NCBI RefSeq assembly: GCF_001447785.1
Contig: NW_015164214.1
Coordinates: 449,596 to 513,595, forward strand
DNA from: Gekko japonicus
Lineage: Eukaryota
Direction: 5' to 3'
DNA length: 64,000 nucleotides
The translations under genes and the position numbers were made by a program. Shown piece after piece: positions 59,995-64,000 of the stretch (within the stretch, counting starts at the first letter, position 1; every line of letters starts with the position of its first letter). Under the pieces are notes generated by a model. That model made no database searches, had not been told where the DNA came from, and worked only from the letters and a program-made list of their open reading frames with translations.

Positions 59995-62900
59995 GAGATT
60001 TATATAGGATAGTTTTAAAAGGAAGCTTACACAAAATCAACTTCCATGACCTAAAATAGTTAGCTCAGTCCTGGTTTCTCTTAATGCAAGACCCTCAGTG
60101 TCCCTCCAGATGAGTTGTGTTAATACTGTATATAGCAGGGAAGCATGTATACAGGAGTCCATAAATAATTCAGAGTTAGTCAAAAGTGGCATGTGTGTGT
60201 ACAGATTTTGTTGTGTTAGTAATAGTGTCTCACTTTGCATACTTTGAATCAGTTAATATGCATCTTTGAAATTTGGTAGGCTGACTGCCAGTAGCTGGAT
60301 CTTGACAATTGTGAATATTTATTGGTGCCAAAGGGTGTGAACAATAAATAGGACTAATGGTGAAATAACTGTTGCTAACCTGAGTTCCCATATCTTGCAC
60401 ATAGTTTAAAGTAGTTTTAAATTAATGGATTTGTAATACTTTCCAGACTGCATAATACATGTGGGAGAGTGGTGGGATCATGCTGTGGCAGCTTCTGTAT
60501 CAAAGCCCTTCATGTAATATATGACACAATTCATGAAAGGCCTAAATATCATAATGAAATTATAACCATAGAATGCCTAAACCTCCATTCTTGGCATTTT
60601 TGTATGTAATGTTCTTATTGTGGTAGTACTAAGCACTTCTCGCCTTCTGTTTTAATATGGCTGAGGAAAGAATAACTGGTAGAGTTTGGAAGTAAACTGA
60701 CTGTGCTTGTCCCACGACTGATCTTCCTTCTGATGGATGTCACTAGAGATTTAAAACTATACAAGCAGTAAGGGAATATACATTCTTTTATCTGTCTAAA
60801 ATATGGGAACACACTTTCCCTTCCCCCAATATTTCGGGGTTCCTTTATAACAGGTGATGCTGCATAAGGTGAATAAATTTTTTGGAAGAATTCTGAAATT
60901 GGGTTTTTATATTTTTGTTGCAAGTTTCTTTAATAAAACCCGCTTAAAGTGAAATGTGAACTTAATGCAGACACATGTGCTGGTATGGTATAATCTGTTT
61001 GGGACAAAAGTAAGGGCCCTTGTGTTTGGTGGGAGAGTTATTTTTGCTAATTCCTTCCTCCCACTGCAGGCCCCATTTTGCCTCTGGTACTGTTAGGATT
61101 AGAGGATTGTGTTTTAGTCACATTTCTTTTTATCCTTGCTCATTCTTTTATGCTTCCTTATTTTCTTATTAAATATCTTTATATCTTCAATGCAAGTCTG
61201 ATCTCTGTGACCCACATTAAAGCACCTGTGCAGTCCACACTTACAAAAACAGAAGGGGAAGGGGCAGCAGTTAACCCTATTCTTCTGAAGGGCACAAATA
61301 AGCATGTTAGCCTCCTTGGAGTGAATGTGGAGGGGGACAAATCATAGAGAGCAGAACCTTTGATGACAAAGTAGCAGATGTGGCCTGATTCAGGTTGATT
61401 ATACCCTAAAAACTGGCTTGGTGGTGGTAGCGAAACCCAGAGAGAGAAATATCGAGTGGAGAAGGAGAAACCTCGCTGGGCTTGCAACTTGGGAAGGCTG
61501 CATAACTTTCTCACTCAAACATGGATAGAAATGAATGCTTGCAAGACCTGTTTCCCCAAGCCATCATCTATTACAAATGAATTAGACCTGCTTATGAAAG
61601 CCTGCTTGTCTTCTTAGTGAAAGAACTGTGAATAAAATATTTAGCTATTTATATCCTGCTTTTCTCCCTAGTGAGGACCCAGGTGAGCTTGCAACATCGT
61701 TTTCCTCTCCTCCATTTTATACTTATAACCACCACCTCCTGGTGAGTAGGTTAAGGTGGACATGGCTGTTATAACTGAGCACTTTCCATCATTGTTCTTG
61801 CACCCTTCGACACTGAGGCACATTTTCTCCTAATACTAAGGCATTCAGATTTAGCTGATAAGAAAATAGGAGACAGGCTTGGTGATTAATATCCAGAGTC
61901 ACCTAGTGGTCTTTATATTAACTTTGATAGAAAGAACAGTCTTTTACTGAGCTAGTGATCAGTTTAGAAAAGTACCTCATTATTTGACAGGTGTATACTA
62001 GACCATATTATGTGAAGGCCTGAAGAAATTAAGAAGTACAGATAACCTGAAGTGTTTTGTGAAGCCTCCCACCCCCCGAATAACTAATGAATGGGAACAT
62101 TTAAAAAATATTGCGACTTCTTCCTTGTCATTCAGATACTTCATAGTTATGATCCATTTTCTGTTATCCATGCAGACGCTTGTGTGCATTGCTCTGTCAC
62201 AAATGTAGCTCCTTACATGTGGGAGGAATGGTTGATGGTGGCAGGAGAATCCCTTGTGCAGTGTAGCACATGTGAGGCAGGTTGACAAATGACAGGAAAG
62301 TGGATCATCCCATAATAAATATAAAAGTGATGATGAAAAACTGGTACTGAAAACAAGCTAGTTTGAAAGAGTTGAGAGTTTGGTTCATATGATAAACATT
62401 TTTCAGTTTTAAAAAATTCCTAAAGATCTAAGTATGGGGTTAGGATTTTAGAGATGTTCTAATGAAACTGTTTTGGCAGACCTCTCCCCTCATCCAAAAC
62501 AATCAATTTTTGGTGAAAGCTTTTACTGGATCTGGGAAATTTAGAGTTCCAATCTCCCCGAACTCCCTGGAAATCAGCTGCTTCTGTTTCATTTTTGTGG
62601 TACTCAGGATTGCTGTCTTCTGTTTCCAGTTGGTTAGTTTTTTATTTTATTTTTTTCAGTTTGCCAGCTGGCCGAAAGAGATGTTCAGGCATGTTAGGGC
62701 GTAGTATTGTACAGGTCACTGAATATGTATTTCATTTGAATTTTTTTTTTAAAAAAATCATGAGTACTTTAAATAGCATCAGTGTATCAGTTATAAACAA
62801 CAACACGTTTTATATTCTGAAAGTAATAAAATTTGTTTTCTGGATTTCATTTCTTCTAAAATTCACTTTCTGGAGAGGGCTGTCTTGTCACTTTTGCTTG

Positions 62901-64000
62901 TCCACTTGACTCCAAAACATATGTCCACTCAAGTGTCCTAGGGATAGATCTGGGGCAAAGCCTAGATCTTTGAGAATTCCAGTGCTTGAGCATCAGCCCT
63001 TTAAATTGGAAAGGATGCTTTCTGCCACTGAATTGTGGCTGCTTCTTGAACTTGCATCTGTCCATATTCAACTGTCACTGAGGATGGCATTGTGAGGGGC
63101 TGGAATGTTTTCTAAAGCCAGTATGCTGATTCATCATTATCCCAAATAGTAACTAAATAGTGACTCTAGGCTAGAAAGAAAGTAACAGTAGCTTTTCTTA
63201 GGTACTAAAGTTACCTTACAGCATCTGGATCCTGCTATGGAGTATGCATGTGATGCAGCCACTATAAGGTTTTGTTTACTTCAATGCTTTCATCTTGTTT
63301 GGATGCCTGTGAGGTGGTGTGGCCTCTGTGTGTTCTCCCTCCCTCCCTTCCTCCAGCAATCATAGCAAGAAATAAAGTCCAGCATACATGAAGAGCAACT
63401 ACCAGCCCTACTAAAATACCAGGTCTGAACATCTCTGTGCTGTCCTCCACTTTCTCAGTTTCTCTGTAGCTTTTGATATAGTTGAGGATTCCTGGCATCC
63501 TTCGTGTATTAGGTTTCCATATCTCTGCTCTCAACAGCAAGTGGTCTTCCTTAACTGCTAAACTGCTTGATCATTGTTTCCTCAGGCAACATTCCTCCTC
63601 TGCCTTTCTCGTCCCTCAGGGTTTTATTCTTGAGCTCCTGTTCTGTCAATGCACTGGTGTAGGAGCCACACATAGTTTGATACTGTACTGTTGTGATCAT
63701 TCATCTCTTGGATTTTCCTGTCCAGACAGGAACGTCTAAAGGTGAATGATTATAATATGGGGTTATTTCTCTGAAGACCTGGGGCATCCCTTAGGATTGC
63801 AGAAAAATACAAAAAACAAATTAACACACACACACCCCCAACCTAACATTTTAATGATAATACCGAAGTCTTGTGACACTACATTGTGAGCTCTTGGCCA
63901 CCATTTATGAAGAGGAAGAAATGGCTGCTCACTGCTGCAAGAGCTGGACAGCCAGTCAGTGGAGGAGGAGCAGAAGCTGTCCTTGGCTGGCAGGTGGGCG

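Larger units (their letters stand above)
40426..64000 (+). other. NIPBL: NIPBL intron 1 (continues beyond the window)
   Basis: GT donor at 40426; no exon-2/ATG sequence (MNGDMPHVPITT) found downstream; T/G-rich sense strand. Confidence 0.8.

Noticed and set aside
62084-62100. ATGAATGGG as the NIPBL start codon exon
   Set aside because: Continues AACATT rather than GATATGCCC (no MNGDMP); no matching exon-2 leader or acceptor.
62327-62352. C/D-box snoRNA (GTGATGA...CTGA)
   Set aside because: The boxes are too close together and there is no terminal stem; likely chance.

Overview
Vertebrate genomic DNA from a squamate reptile, very likely a gecko, judged from the repeat set (Squam3-like, Squam2-like and Sauria SINEs, a 5S-derived SINE, BovB, CR1 with (TTCTTATG)n tails, Penelope ends, many hAT MITEs). 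The CpG island at ~39.2-41.2 kb holds the promoter and non-coding first exon of NIPBL on the + strand. It was recognised from sequence blocks that match my memory of the human NIPBL 5'UTR; no alignment was run. Exon 1 ends at the donor CTCAG|GTAAT (40425/40426), and the rest of the window is intron 1. No NIPBL coding exon (MNGDMPHVP...) is present. The upstream 39 kb is gene-free and full of nested transposons, with TE-free AT-rich blocks that look like enhancers. Almost all ORFs in the track are TE remnants or chance ORFs. Main leads: (1) an apparently frame-conserved, Arg/Lys-rich uORF in the NIPBL leader; (2) a hAT MITE family with a fixed POU-octamer+KLF+CRE-like+ETS arm and exchangeable cargo, including a captured Penelope end; (3) three CR1 copies truncated at almost the same position; (4) an unexplained 99-bp insert between perfect 24-bp direct repeats in intron 1.
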